Made by a program: the position numbers and the translations under genes. Shown piece by piece: positions 51,096-60,261 of a stretch of 64,000 nucleotides of DNA; the first letter of the stretch is position 1; each line of letters begins with the position of its first letter. Below the pieces are notes generated by a model. That model saw only the letters and a list, made by a program, of their open reading frames with translations. It searched no databases and had not been told where the DNA came from. Origin of the DNA: Clostridium sp. (GTDB taxonomy: Bacteria > Bacillota > Clostridia > Clostridiales > Clostridiaceae); the NCBI GenBank assembly GCA_018372555.1, contig JAHAIU010000002.1:3308-67307 (forward strand), given 5' to 3'.

Positions 51096-52631
51096 TTATT
51101 TCTTTCCTCCTTTAAATCTTTTTGTAAGTAATCCCATTGCTTCATCTAATTCTTCTATCTTAAGTAACTTGCATACTATAAAGTAAATGATTATACCTAT
51201 AACTCCATCTATTGCTAATAGTAAAAATGAACTATGTATATCTAAGAACATATTTATATAGTAAAGGGATATAATCATTATACAAGAGCTAATCATAATT
51301 TTAGATATATTAATAATTAACTCTGCTACATCTAATTTACCAACAATTTTTCTTGTAGAATTTAATAATAATACCGCTATCACTAGTGATGAAATAGAAG
51401 TTGCTACAGCAATCCCCAACACCCCTATATATTTTGATAGTGTTATACTTAAAACAATATTAACTATCACACCTATTATTCCATTAATTGTAGTTACCTT
51501 AGTTTTCTTCATAGAAAATAAAGAGGAATTTAAAATATCTCTAATTCCTGCAAAAGGTAATTGAATAGCATATCCAAATAAAGCCATTGATGTTAACATA
51601 ACAGCAGTTTCATCAAATTTCCCTCTCTCATATATAAAACTAACTATATCATTACTTAAAAATACAATTCCAAAAGCTAGGGGAATTAAAACTAAACAAA
51701 TAGTAGTTACTGACTTAGTTAAGTACTTTAAGAACCCTTGACTATCACCAGAATTTAGTTTATTTGCCATAAGTGGATATACAACAGAGACTATTGATGT
51801 CGTTATAGCCGTATTTGCAAATTGAACTATCTTCTGTGAGTATTCTAAGGCTGCCATAGATCCAGACGCTAACCCAGAAGCCACACTTTTATCTATTAAC
51901 ATATTTATAGAATTAGCTCCTGCTCCTATAACTACTGGAAGTATTAAAATCATAATATTTTTTATCTTTTCATCTTTAATATCTATATTAAACTTAAACC
52001 TAAAACCTTGTTTATATAAAGAAGGAATTTGAATTGCAATCCTAAAAAAGTTTCCTAGTACATTTGCAATCGTTAGCCCAACTATACTTACATCATTAAA
52101 TATTAATAAATATATAATTATAGGTAAATTAAAGAACAATCCTAATATTGAAGGAATTATAAAATCCTCACATACCTGAAGTATTGAAGTAAAACAAGCA
52201 TTAATACATAGAAATACTATATTTATTAAAGTAATCCTAGTTAAAAAAATAGTTAATTCTAGTTGCTCAGGATTAAAGTTTGGAACAAATAAATATACTA
52301 TTTCTTTAGTAAATATTACTCCTAAAATAATAACTACTATAGATAATATGCTTAGAATATTTATAACATTATTAGCAAAGTTAAACATTTCCTCTTTATT
52401 TTTTGAGTGCTTAATTTCACTAAGCATAGGGATAAATGTTGTAGAAATAGCAAGACCTATTATCATAAATACTGACTCTGGTATAGCTACAGAAGCTACA
52501 TATACATCATAAGAGGAATTTGCTCCAAAGTGATATGCAGCTAATATATCTCTCCCAAAGCCAATAATTCTACTTAGTATAGTCATAGCCATTACAATAA
52601 TTGTGGCTTTAAAGACTTTATTTCTATTCAT
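51096..52631 (-). CDS. murJ: MurJ/MviN family lipid-linked glycan flippase
   Basis: SRIIGFGRD..A.HFGA and YERGKFD motifs; about 14 TM segments. It probably serves the adjacent polysaccharide genes. Confidence 0.85.
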   Translation of the reverse strand: MNRNKVFKATIIVMAMTILSRIIGFGRDILAAYHFGANSSYDVYVASVAIPESVFMIIGLAISTTFIPMLSEIKHSKNKEEMFNFANNVINILSILSIVVIILGVIFTKEIVYLFVPNFNPEQLELTIFLTRITLINIVFLCINACFTSILQVCEDFIIPSILGLFFNLPIIIYLLIFNDVSIVGLTIANVLGNFFRIAIQIPSLYKQGFRFKFNIDIKDEKIKNIMILILPVVIGAGANSINMLIDKSVASGLASGSMAALEYSQKIVQFANTAITTSIVSVVYPLMANKLNSGDSQGFLKYLTKSVTTICLVLIPLAFGIVFLSNDIVSFIYERGKFDETAVMLTSMALFGYAIQLPFAGIRDILNSSLFSMKKTKVTTINGIIGVIVNIVLSITLSKYIGVLGIAVATSISSLVIAVLLLNSTRKIVGKLDVAELIINISKIMISSCIMIISLYYINMFLDIHSSFLLLAIDGVIGIIIYFIVCKLLKIEELDEAMGLLTKRFKGGKK

Positions 52632-53358
52632 AATTCACCTTTTTATTTTTAAATACTAATAGTAAAAACTTAGGGATACTTCCTAATCTTTTTATTCTAA
52701 ATGGTTCCTTTAAAACTCTATAAAGCCATTCAAGACCTAAGCTTATCATCCATTTAGGGGCTCTTTTTACTTTCTCAGCTATAACATCAAAACTTCCCCC
52801 AACTCCCATAAATATTGTACAAGGTAACTCATCCATATACTTAACTATAAAACGTTCTTGCCTTGGACATCCCATTGCAACAAAAACTGCATATGGTTTT
52901 TTATTTTTAATATCCTCTAATATTTCCTTAGGATTATCTAAATCAAAATATCCATTTTTATATCCAGCAATATTAATATTAGGATAAGCTACTAAAAGAT
53001 TTGCAACACAAGACTTCAAATTTTCATCTGTAGTTCCTATAAGATAAATAGATTTATTCTCTTTTGTTGCCTTACTTATTATATTTTTCATAAGATCTAT
53101 TCCAGCTATTTTTTCTTTAACAGGAGTTTTTAAATATTTAGCTGCAATTTGAATCCCAACACCATCAGGGATAATAAAAGCTTCTTTAGAAGTAAAATTA
53201 TCATATAACTCTTTATTATGTAATCCTGTATATAAAACTTCTGGATTTCCAGATACTATATGGATCTTTTCATATTTTTTAATATGTTCCATAGCATCAG
53301 ATAGCCCCTCCTTAAATATCTTATACCCTAATATATTTATAAATCTATTATCACTCAT
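52624..53358 (-). CDS. WecB/TagA/CpsF family glycosyltransferase (GT26)
   Basis: NPE, IPDGVG, AMGCPRQE, GVGGSFD and LEWLYR motifs. Confidence 0.92.
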   Translation of the reverse strand: MSDNRFINILGYKIFKEGLSDAMEHIKKYEKIHIVSGNPEVLYTGLHNKELYDNFTSKEAFIIPDGVGIQIAAKYLKTPVKEKIAGIDLMKNIISKATKENKSIYLIGTTDENLKSCVANLLVAYPNINIAGYKNGYFDLDNPKEILEDIKNKKPYAVFVAMGCPRQERFIVKYMDELPCTIFMGVGGSFDVIAEKVKRAPKWMISLGLEWLYRVLKEPFRIKRLGSIPKFLLLVFKNKKVNYE

Positions 53359-53461
53359 ATTTTCTCCTAAACTTCCACTGTAAACTATATTAATAATACC
53401 ATATTTACTTATGCTACTAAAGTCTTTTAATACAATGATATTTCCACTAAATTAACAAGTA

Positions 53462-54550
53462 TTATTTACTTAAAATACTTTCAAGTTCTCTTACTATTTC
53501 ATCCTCTGGATTTAACTTTTTAGCAATATCTAAGTGAAGCTTTGCATCTTCTGTTTTTCCTAAGTTCATATAACACATTACTATGTTAGTACAAACTTCA
53601 ACTTCTCTATTTGCCTCAAAGGCTTTTTTAAAGTATTTTAAAGCTGTTTCAAAATCATTTATACATGCATAATTTATTCCAAGTTCAACTACTACTTCAT
53701 AAATACCACTTTCTCTTGAAACACTTTCATTTAAATAATAAATTGCTTTTTCATAATTTTCCAGTTTTCTATAAGCAACTCCTAAGTAATAATAAATTAA
53801 TGGATTTAAATCAAAATCTTCTACTAATTCTAATAATATTTTTATAGTTTTAGTTGGATCTTCATTAATGCTTTCAACAGCAACTTCATAATTTGAAATA
53901 TTATTAATATCTTTAATTAAAATATTAATTTCATCATCTACTTTTCCACCTAGATTTAAATATTCATTTATTGCTACCTTTGCACTCTTAAAATCTCCAT
54001 CATCTTTTAAAATTAAAGCCTTATATAAGTATGCTTCTGGAACTTTTAATAAATTATCTATGGAGTATTCAATATCCTTTAATAATATTTCTTTAAAAGC
54101 CTTATCTTTTTCTCTTAAGCTTTCTCCAACAAGAAGTAATTTTTTCATAATATCTATATCTTTTGAAAACTTATAATATCCCTTTAAAAGTAAATAAGCA
54201 TCTACTAACTTGTCATCCTTTATCTTTTTAGAAATCAATCCCTTTATACAATTTTCTGTATCTTTATAATAACTTAATATAATTTCATAATCATCGTTAA
54301 ATCTTAAAGTTTCATCTGCTCCCATAGCAAGAAACATACCTTCAACGAAATAAAAAATCGGTAAATTCTTTATTTTAATTTCATTATTAATATTACTTGT
54401 TATATATTCTGGAGAAATAGGCAAATATAAATCCTTATTATTAAATTCAACAGCCCCAGGGATACTTATAATTTTCTTAAATCCCTCTTTATCTATTTCT
54501 AAAAATAATAGTTTTCCTAACTTTTCTTTAAATATCGAATTGTAATCCAA
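53462..54550 (-). CDS. TPR-containing protein
   Basis: YYYLGVAY...YEKAIYY and ELGINYA TPR repeats; TTG start after AAGGAGG. Confidence 0.85.
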   Translation of the reverse strand: MDYNSIFKEKLGKLLFLEIDKEGFKKIISIPGAVEFNNKDLYLPISPEYITSNINNEIKIKNLPIFYFVEGMFLAMGADETLRFNDDYEIILSYYKDTENCIKGLISKKIKDDKLVDAYLLLKGYYKFSKDIDIMKKLLLVGESLREKDKAFKEILLKDIEYSIDNLLKVPEAYLYKALILKDDGDFKSAKVAINEYLNLGGKVDDEINILIKDINNISNYEVAVESINEDPTKTIKILLELVEDFDLNPLIYYYLGVAYRKLENYEKAIYYLNESVSRESGIYEVVVELGINYACINDFETALKYFKKAFEANREVEVCTNIVMCYMNLGKTEDAKLHLDIAKKLNPEDEIVRELESILSK

Positions 54551-54633
54551 TTTTATTCCTCCTTTTATTAGCTTATTATAAATAATACTACATATTTCTA
54601 TAGCTTTCAAATAAATTAAATAAAGCTATTTTT

Positions 54634-54736
54634 CAATATAAAATTAAAAATTAGTAATGGATAATTAATGAAAAAAACTCCTAAAGGAGTTTTAAAAAAG
54701 AATTTTATTTTAATAACAATTACTCCAAAAATTTTA
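54634..54736 (+). repeat. Heptamer-flanked element (clear type I arm, possible degenerate type II arm)
   Basis: CAATATA AAATTAA AAATTAG TAATGGA TAATTAA TGAAAAAAACTCC-TAAA-GGAGTTTT; then ATAACAATTACTCC at about 54713. Confidence 0.75.
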
Positions 54737-54765
54737 ATGGGGCTGAGATTTTAACACAGCCCCAT
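54737..54765 (-). terminator. Hairpin after pgm
   Basis: ATGGGGCTG/CAGCCCCAT 9-bp stem. Confidence 0.65.
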
Positions 54766-54772
54766 AATTTTA

Positions 54773-56500
54773 TTAACTTAATTTTGAGTTAATTATTTTA
54801 ACTATTTCTTCCTTAAATCCTAGAAGCTTTTCTTCTGAATCTTTAAGTCCATTTCCTTCAACTGCAACGTAAGCTTTCATCTTAGGTTCAGTACCTGAAG
54901 GTCTTACAACAAACCAGAAATCATTGTCACATACAAATTTTAATACATTTGATTTCGGCAAGTTAATTTCCTTTTTCTCTCCAGTTAAAGTATTTTCCTC
55001 AATACTTAACTTATAATCATACTTTTTAACTATCTTATGTCCATTAACTTCTGTTAATGCTTCATTTCTTAAAGAGTCAATACATTTAGATATCTTTTCA
55101 GCACCTTCTTTACCCTTTAATTCAAAGGATACTAATGTTTCCTTAAAATATCCATACTTTTCGTATAAATCTATTAATCCATCATAAAGGCTCTTACCTT
55201 GTTCCTTATAAAATAATGTCATTTCTGCAATTAGCATAGCTGAAATTACAGCATCCTTATCTCTAACAAAGTCTCCTGCTAAATATCCATAACTTTCTTC
55301 AAATCCAAATATATATGATTTATCATTGTTAGTCTTAAAGCCTTGAATTTTTTCACCAATATATTTAAATCCAGTTAAAACTTCAATAAGTTCAACATTG
55401 TAATCTTCAGCTATTTTTTTAGCTCCATCTGTAGTAACTATAGTCTTAATTACAACTCCATTTTCTTTAAGCTTATTTTCTTCTTTTAATGAATCTAAAA
55501 TATACTTAGTAAGTAATAATCCTGTTTGATTTCCAGTTAATACTCTATATTCACCTTCACTATCCTTAACAACTACCCCTATTCTATCTGCATCTGGATC
55601 TGTTGCAAATATGACATCTGGATTTTCTTCCTTAGCCATTTCTAATGCTAATTTAAATACAGCTGGTTCTTCAGGGTTAGGATAAGATGCAGTTGGGAAG
55701 TTTCCATCTGGCATTTCTTGTTCTTTAACTACTGAAACACCTGTGTATCCAAGCTCACTTAGCACTCTTCTAACAGGCATATTCCCTGAACCATGTATAG
55801 GTGTATAAATAATTTTTAAATCTTTAGCCTTATCTTTAACTAAGTCTTTTCTAACAGTTAAATCTTTTACTAAGTCTATATAAGCCTTATCTACATCTTC
55901 ACCAATATATACAAGTAAACCATTTTTAATAGCTACTTCTTCATCCATATTTTTAATATTATCAAAGCTTGAAATATTATTTACTTTATTAATAATTATG
56001 TTAGCTTTTTCATCAGTTACTTGACCACCAAATTCATCATAAACCTTATACCCATTATATTCTTTAGGATTATGTGATGCAGTTACTACTATTCCACCTT
56101 TACACTCTAAATGTCTTACTGCAAAAGATAACATTGGAGTAGGTCTTAATCCTTCATATAAATATACTTTTATATTGTTAGCACATAAAGTTAAAGCAGC
56201 TGCCTTTGAAAATTCCTTAGACATATTTCTTGAATCATAAGCTATAGCAACTGAAGGTTCTTTAAAGTTTTCATTTAAATAATCAGCAAAACCTTGAGTA
56301 GCTTTTGATACAGTATATATGTTCATTCTGTTACTTCCAGCACCAATAACTCCTCTTAGTCCACCAGTTCCAAATTCAAGATCCTTATAAAATCTATCTT
56401 CAATTTCCTTTTCATCAGTAATGCTTCTTAACTCATTTTTCATTTCATCATTTATAACTGTTGAATTTAACCAATCATTATATTTATCCTTATATTGCAT
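54773..56500 (-). CDS. pgm: Phosphoglucomutase/phosphomannomutase
   Basis: FGTGGLRG, TASHNP, DPDADR, GFEESYG and RPSGTEPK motifs. Confidence 0.94.
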   Translation of the reverse strand: MQYKDKYNDWLNSTVINDEMKNELRSITDEKEIEDRFYKDLEFGTGGLRGVIGAGSNRMNIYTVSKATQGFADYLNENFKEPSVAIAYDSRNMSKEFSKAAALTLCANNIKVYLYEGLRPTPMLSFAVRHLECKGGIVVTASHNPKEYNGYKVYDEFGGQVTDEKANIIINKVNNISSFDNIKNMDEEVAIKNGLLVYIGEDVDKAYIDLVKDLTVRKDLVKDKAKDLKIIYTPIHGSGNMPVRRVLSELGYTGVSVVKEQEMPDGNFPTASYPNPEEPAVFKLALEMAKEENPDVIFATDPDADRIGVVVKDSEGEYRVLTGNQTGLLLTKYILDSLKEENKLKENGVVIKTIVTTDGAKKIAEDYNVELIEVLTGFKYIGEKIQGFKTNNDKSYIFGFEESYGYLAGDFVRDKDAVISAMLIAEMTLFYKEQGKSLYDGLIDLYEKYGYFKETLVSFELKGKEGAEKISKCIDSLRNEALTEVNGHKIVKKYDYKLSIEENTLTGEKKEINLPKSNVLKFVCDNDFWFVVRPSGTEPKMKAYVAVEGNGLKDSEEKLLGFKEEIVKIINSKLS

Positions 56501-56561
56501 ACTATCCCTCCTACACTTTACAATCAGGTAATATTATACACCAAAGTAACAACTTTTGGAA

Positions 56562-56599
56562 TAAAAAAATGTAAAGAGGCAAACTGAACCTCTCTACAT
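56562..56599 (-). terminator. Terminator after rplY
   Basis: Minus strand ATGTAGAGAGG...CCTCTTTACAT then a T-run. Confidence 0.75.
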
Positions 56600-56612
56600 G
56601 CATTATAATAAT

Positions 56613-57212
56613 CTACTTTTTTTCTTCATTTTCCTCTTCTATTATTTCCATTTCATCACTCACAGTTTTTCTTTCATATATTACTGATGCTATTACTGTA
56701 TTTAAATCATCTATAATTGAAAGTTCAGAAGCAATTTCTAAATCACTTACCCTATATACATATCCATTGTCACTACTATTAATATTCATTTTTATAACTC
56801 TTGGAAGTTTATCAGCTGTACATTCAACTCTAATACTATCCTTTTCTTTTTGGAGTACCATTCCTCTATTACTAAGCTGTCCTTCTCCTTCAAAGGAAAT
56901 TGGAACACTAGATACTATTTTCCCATTTTCATTAAGTTCCTCAAGATCTAAATGAATAATCTTTTGTGTAACTGGATCTCTTTGAACACCCTTTATTAAA
57001 GCTTCATGACTTTCACCATCACAGTCCAAACTTAATATTCCATGTTCACCATTTCTAGATATTTCTCGACATAATTCAAGTTCTCCAACTTCAAACATCA
57101 GTGAATTAACTTTCTTGCCATAAAGTATTCCAGGAACCTTCCCTTGTCTTCTTAACTTCTTAGCATTATTAGGGATTGTATTGTCTCTCTTATTTACACT
57201 TAAACTATTCAA
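56613..57212 (-). CDS. rplY: 50S ribosomal protein L25/Ctc (long form)
   Basis: LRRQGKVPGILYG and VQRDPV..IIHLD motifs; C-terminal beta domain; TTG start. Confidence 0.92.
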   Translation of the reverse strand: MNSLSVNKRDNTIPNNAKKLRRQGKVPGILYGKKVNSLMFEVGELELCREISRNGEHGILSLDCDGESHEALIKGVQRDPVTQKIIHLDLEELNENGKIVSSVPISFEGEGQLSNRGMVLQKEKDSIRVECTADKLPRVIKMNINSSDNGYVYRVSDLEIASELSIIDDLNTVIASVIYERKTVSDEMEIIEEENEEKK

Positions 57213-57331
57213 AGTTATTCCTCCTAAATTTCTTTTTCTCTTGATATTCTTAGCATTATTTCTAATATTTATTCAAAAATAATTTATATAAGTTATAATA
57301 AAGTTTTTAAATTTTATTAAGTTATATTTAT

Positions 57332-57469
57332 AAGTAGAATATATTTATTAGCAAGGTATAAACTTAAGTTATATAGAAATTTAAAAACTAAGGTTTTATT
57401 CTATATATTAACTTTAAAGGTCTTTTTCACTTAAAATTCTTTAAAACTACAAGTAGAATATATTTATTA
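57332..57469. repeat. Two exact 19-bp direct repeats 119 bp apart
   Basis: AAGTAGAATATATTTATTA at 57332-57350 and 57451-57469. Confidence 0.85.
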
Positions 57470-57510
57470 AAAGATAGATCAAGTATTTTAAAAATTATTT
57501 AATTATTTTA

Positions 57511-57539
57511 TTGCATACTTTACCCAGATAAAATATAAT
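57511..57539 (+). promoter_or_regulatory. SigA promoter of the decarboxylase gene
   Basis: TTGCAT-N17-TATAAT. Confidence 0.75.
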
Positions 57540-57627
57540 AAATTAGTTATAAAAAAGATTCTAAATTTTATTTAGAAATATTGCATAAGATAACCAATAA
57601 TTATTTATAAGAAAGAGGGTGTTTTTA

Positions 57628-59091
57628 TTGTATAAAATGAATCAAAATGAAACTCCACTGTTTAATGCTTTAATGGAATATGTAAATAGGGATACCTTGC
57701 CATTCCATGTGCCTGGACATAAGAAAGGGATTGGAATCGATTCGGAATTTAAAGAATTTATTGGAGCTAATCCATTTAAAATAGATGTCACAGTATTTAA
57801 ATTAGTAGATAGTTTACATCATCCTAATGGTCCAATTAAAAAAGCTCAAGAATTAGTTGCTGATGCTTATGGCTCTAAAGCTTCTTTTTTCTCTATACAC
57901 GGAACCTCAGGAGCTATACAAGCAATGATTTTATCTGTAGTTAAAGATGGTGATAAAATAATAGTTCCTAGAAATGTACATAAATCAGTTACATCAGGTA
58001 TTATATTAAGTGGTGCTATACCAATATTTGTAGAACCTGAAATTGATAAGAAACTTGGGATAGCTCATGGAGTAACACCTGAAACTATTGAAAAAGCTTT
58101 AAAAGAAAATCCTGATTCTAAGGCTGTGCTTATTATTAACCCTACTTATTATGGCGTAGCTACAGATATTAAGAAAATTGCAGATATTGTCCATAGTTAT
58201 GATATACCTTTAATAGTAGACGAAGCTCACGGTCCACATTTAGCTTTTTCAAATAAATTACCAATGTCAGCTATAGAAGCTGGTGCTGATATTTGTGCTC
58301 AAAGCACACATAAAATTATAGGTTCTTTAACTCAAGGTTCTTTATTGCATATTAATAGTAAATATGTTGATCCAAAAAAACTACAGCAAATTTTAAACTT
58401 ATTACAAACTACTTCGCCTTCATATATTTTAATGGCGTCATTAGATTGTGCAAGAAGACAAATTGCTCTAGAAGGTAAAGAATTACTTGATAAAGCTATA
58501 GAACTATGTAAATATACAAGAAATGAAATAAATAAAATCCCTGGTTTTTACTGCTTTGGTGAAGAAGTATTAGGTAAACCTGGATCATATGCCTTTGATC
58601 CTACAAAATTAACTATTTCTTCTAGAGATTTAGGTATTACAGGATTTGAATTAGATACAATATTAGCAGATAAATATCATATTCAAATGGAACTTTCAGA
58701 CTTCTATAACGTTTTAGCAGTAGGTTCCTTTGGAGATACTAAGGAAGGAATGGATAAACTTATTAATGCTTTAAAAGAAATATCTGATGAGTATTATGGT
58801 AAGAGAGAACCTATCCAAGATTTCTTAGATATACCTACTATTCCTAAGAAGATTTTAAATCCAAGAGAAGCTTTTTATAGTAATAAGATTTCAGTTCCTC
58901 TTAAAGAAAGTGTAGGTAAAATATCAGGAGAGTTTTTACTAGCTTACCCACCAGGAATACCTGTTTTATGCCCTGGTGAAGAAATAACTAAAGAAGTTAT
59001 AGAATATGTTAATGATTTAAAAAGAGCAAATCTATATGTTCAAGGAACAGAAGACACTACTGTTGAAAATATAAAAATTGTTTCAAAGTAA
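57628..59091 (+). CDS. PLP-dependent Orn/Lys/Arg decarboxylase (Bacillus SpeA-like)
   Basis: FHVPGHK, PRNVHKS, VDEAHG, QSTHK and YPPGIP motifs; TTG start after AGAGGGTG. Substrate cannot be determined from sequence by eye. Confidence 0.9.
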   Translation: MYKMNQNETPLFNALMEYVNRDTLPFHVPGHKKGIGIDSEFKEFIGANPFKIDVTVFKLVDSLHHPNGPIKKAQELVADAYGSKASFFSIHGTSGAIQAMILSVVKDGDKIIVPRNVHKSVTSGIILSGAIPIFVEPEIDKKLGIAHGVTPETIEKALKENPDSKAVLIINPTYYGVATDIKKIADIVHSYDIPLIVDEAHGPHLAFSNKLPMSAIEAGADICAQSTHKIIGSLTQGSLLHINSKYVDPKKLQQILNLLQTTSPSYILMASLDCARRQIALEGKELLDKAIELCKYTRNEINKIPGFYCFGEEVLGKPGSYAFDPTKLTISSRDLGITGFELDTILADKYHIQMELSDFYNVLAVGSFGDTKEGMDKLINALKEISDEYYGKREPIQDFLDIPTIPKKILNPREAFYSNKISVPLKESVGKISGEFLLAYPPGIPVLCPGEEITKEVIEYVNDLKRANLYVQGTEDTTVENIKIVSK

Positions 59092-59117
59092 AAAAAGCTG
59101 CCTTTTGGCAGCTTTTT
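59091..59117. terminator. Bidirectional terminator
   Basis: AAAAAAGCTGCC-TTTT-GGCAGCTTTTT between convergent genes. Confidence 0.88.
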
Positions 59118-60240
59118 ATAATCCTAAGTATTCTTCTAATGTTAAGTCACTATCTTTAAAATTCTCACTATGTTCTACTCCAATATATCTAAAATGCCAT
59201 GATTCGTGCATATACCCAGTTTTCCATTCTTTCCCTTCAGGGTATCTTAGTATAAATCCATATTTATAAGCATTTTCTTTAAGCCATTTAGCCTCATCAG
59301 TATACTTGAAATCTTCCATTGCCCATAAGGATCTATCTGCTCCACCAATATCAAAGGCAAGTCCTGTTTGATGTTCACTAAAGCCTGCTCTTGCTGAGAA
59401 TGTATCAGTTGGATCTTGTCCATAGTTAGCTACGTAATTGTTATATAGTCTATTTTGAGCCCAGTAATTTCTATAAGTAGAAAAAGCATTTAAATAAATT
59501 CCTTCTTTAGATGCATCTACCTTCATATTTTCAAAAGCTTGTCTAGCTTCCTCACTTTCACCAGGTGCATAAGTATCAGGAAGACCATATTCTTTATTTA
59601 CAATTAATATGCCTTTTACAACCTTAGGCTCTCTTGTACTTGGATCTTCATTCGAAACTTCGTCATATACTTCTTTTATTCTTCTTGTATTAGCTTCTTT
59701 TTTAATATCCTGAACATAAGTTTCTAACTCCTTAAGTTTTTCTCTAGCATCTATATAGTTCTTTTCCTTAAATAACTCATTATAACTATTAGTTATTTCA
59801 TTTACTTTTCCTATTTCTTCATCATTAAATCCTTTTAAATCCTCGGAATTAATTTTATTGGAATATGCTTCTAAGTCTCTTTCGTTTTCTGCGCTTATTT
59901 CATTTATTTTTGCATATAAATCAGATATCTCATTTTTTAATTCTTCAGTTATATTATCATTAAGCTTAATTTGTATATTAGCTATAGATGTTTTTATGGA
60001 ATTAATCTTATCTTCATCACCATATAAATTATCAATACTTTTTTTAATTTCTTTAAATTCCTTAATACTTTCTAATTCAGAGTTAAATCTTTCACTAGCA
60101 ACAGCCTGACTTTTATTAAGTTTAATATGTTTAAATTTAATTGGTCCATAAATAACTACTCCAAGTATTACAATAAATAATACTAACCTTTTCGTTCTAT
60201 TCTTTAATGCCTGCTTCTTGCTTATATGTCTTTTTTTCAA
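59116..60240 (-). CDS. M15B metallo-carboxypeptidase (VanY/LdcB-like) with TM anchor and coiled-coil stalk
   Basis: SEHQTGLAFD (SxHxxGxAxD), YGFILRYP and ESWH motifs. Confidence 0.88.
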   Translation of the reverse strand: MKKRHISKKQALKNRTKRLVLFIVILGVVIYGPIKFKHIKLNKSQAVASERFNSELESIKEFKEIKKSIDNLYGDEDKINSIKTSIANIQIKLNDNITEELKNEISDLYAKINEISAENERDLEAYSNKINSEDLKGFNDEEIGKVNEITNSYNELFKEKNYIDAREKLKELETYVQDIKKEANTRRIKEVYDEVSNEDPSTREPKVVKGILIVNKEYGLPDTYAPGESEEARQAFENMKVDASKEGIYLNAFSTYRNYWAQNRLYNNYVANYGQDPTDTFSARAGFSEHQTGLAFDIGGADRSLWAMEDFKYTDEAKWLKENAYKYGFILRYPEGKEWKTGYMHESWHFRYIGVEHSENFKDSDLTLEEYLGL

Positions 60241-60261
60241 AATAATCACCTTTTAATTTTT

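Noticed and set aside
57332..57469. 19-bp direct repeats as a CRISPR array
   Set aside because: Only two copies, a 100-bp spacer, and no cas genes.
57509..57598. ARG boxes upstream of the decarboxylase
   Set aside because: Only the TGCAT half-site matches; the symmetric half is absent.
59116..60240. Vancomycin resistance gene (vanY)
   Set aside because: No vanHAX or vanRS nearby; M15B peptidases are common housekeeping enzymes.
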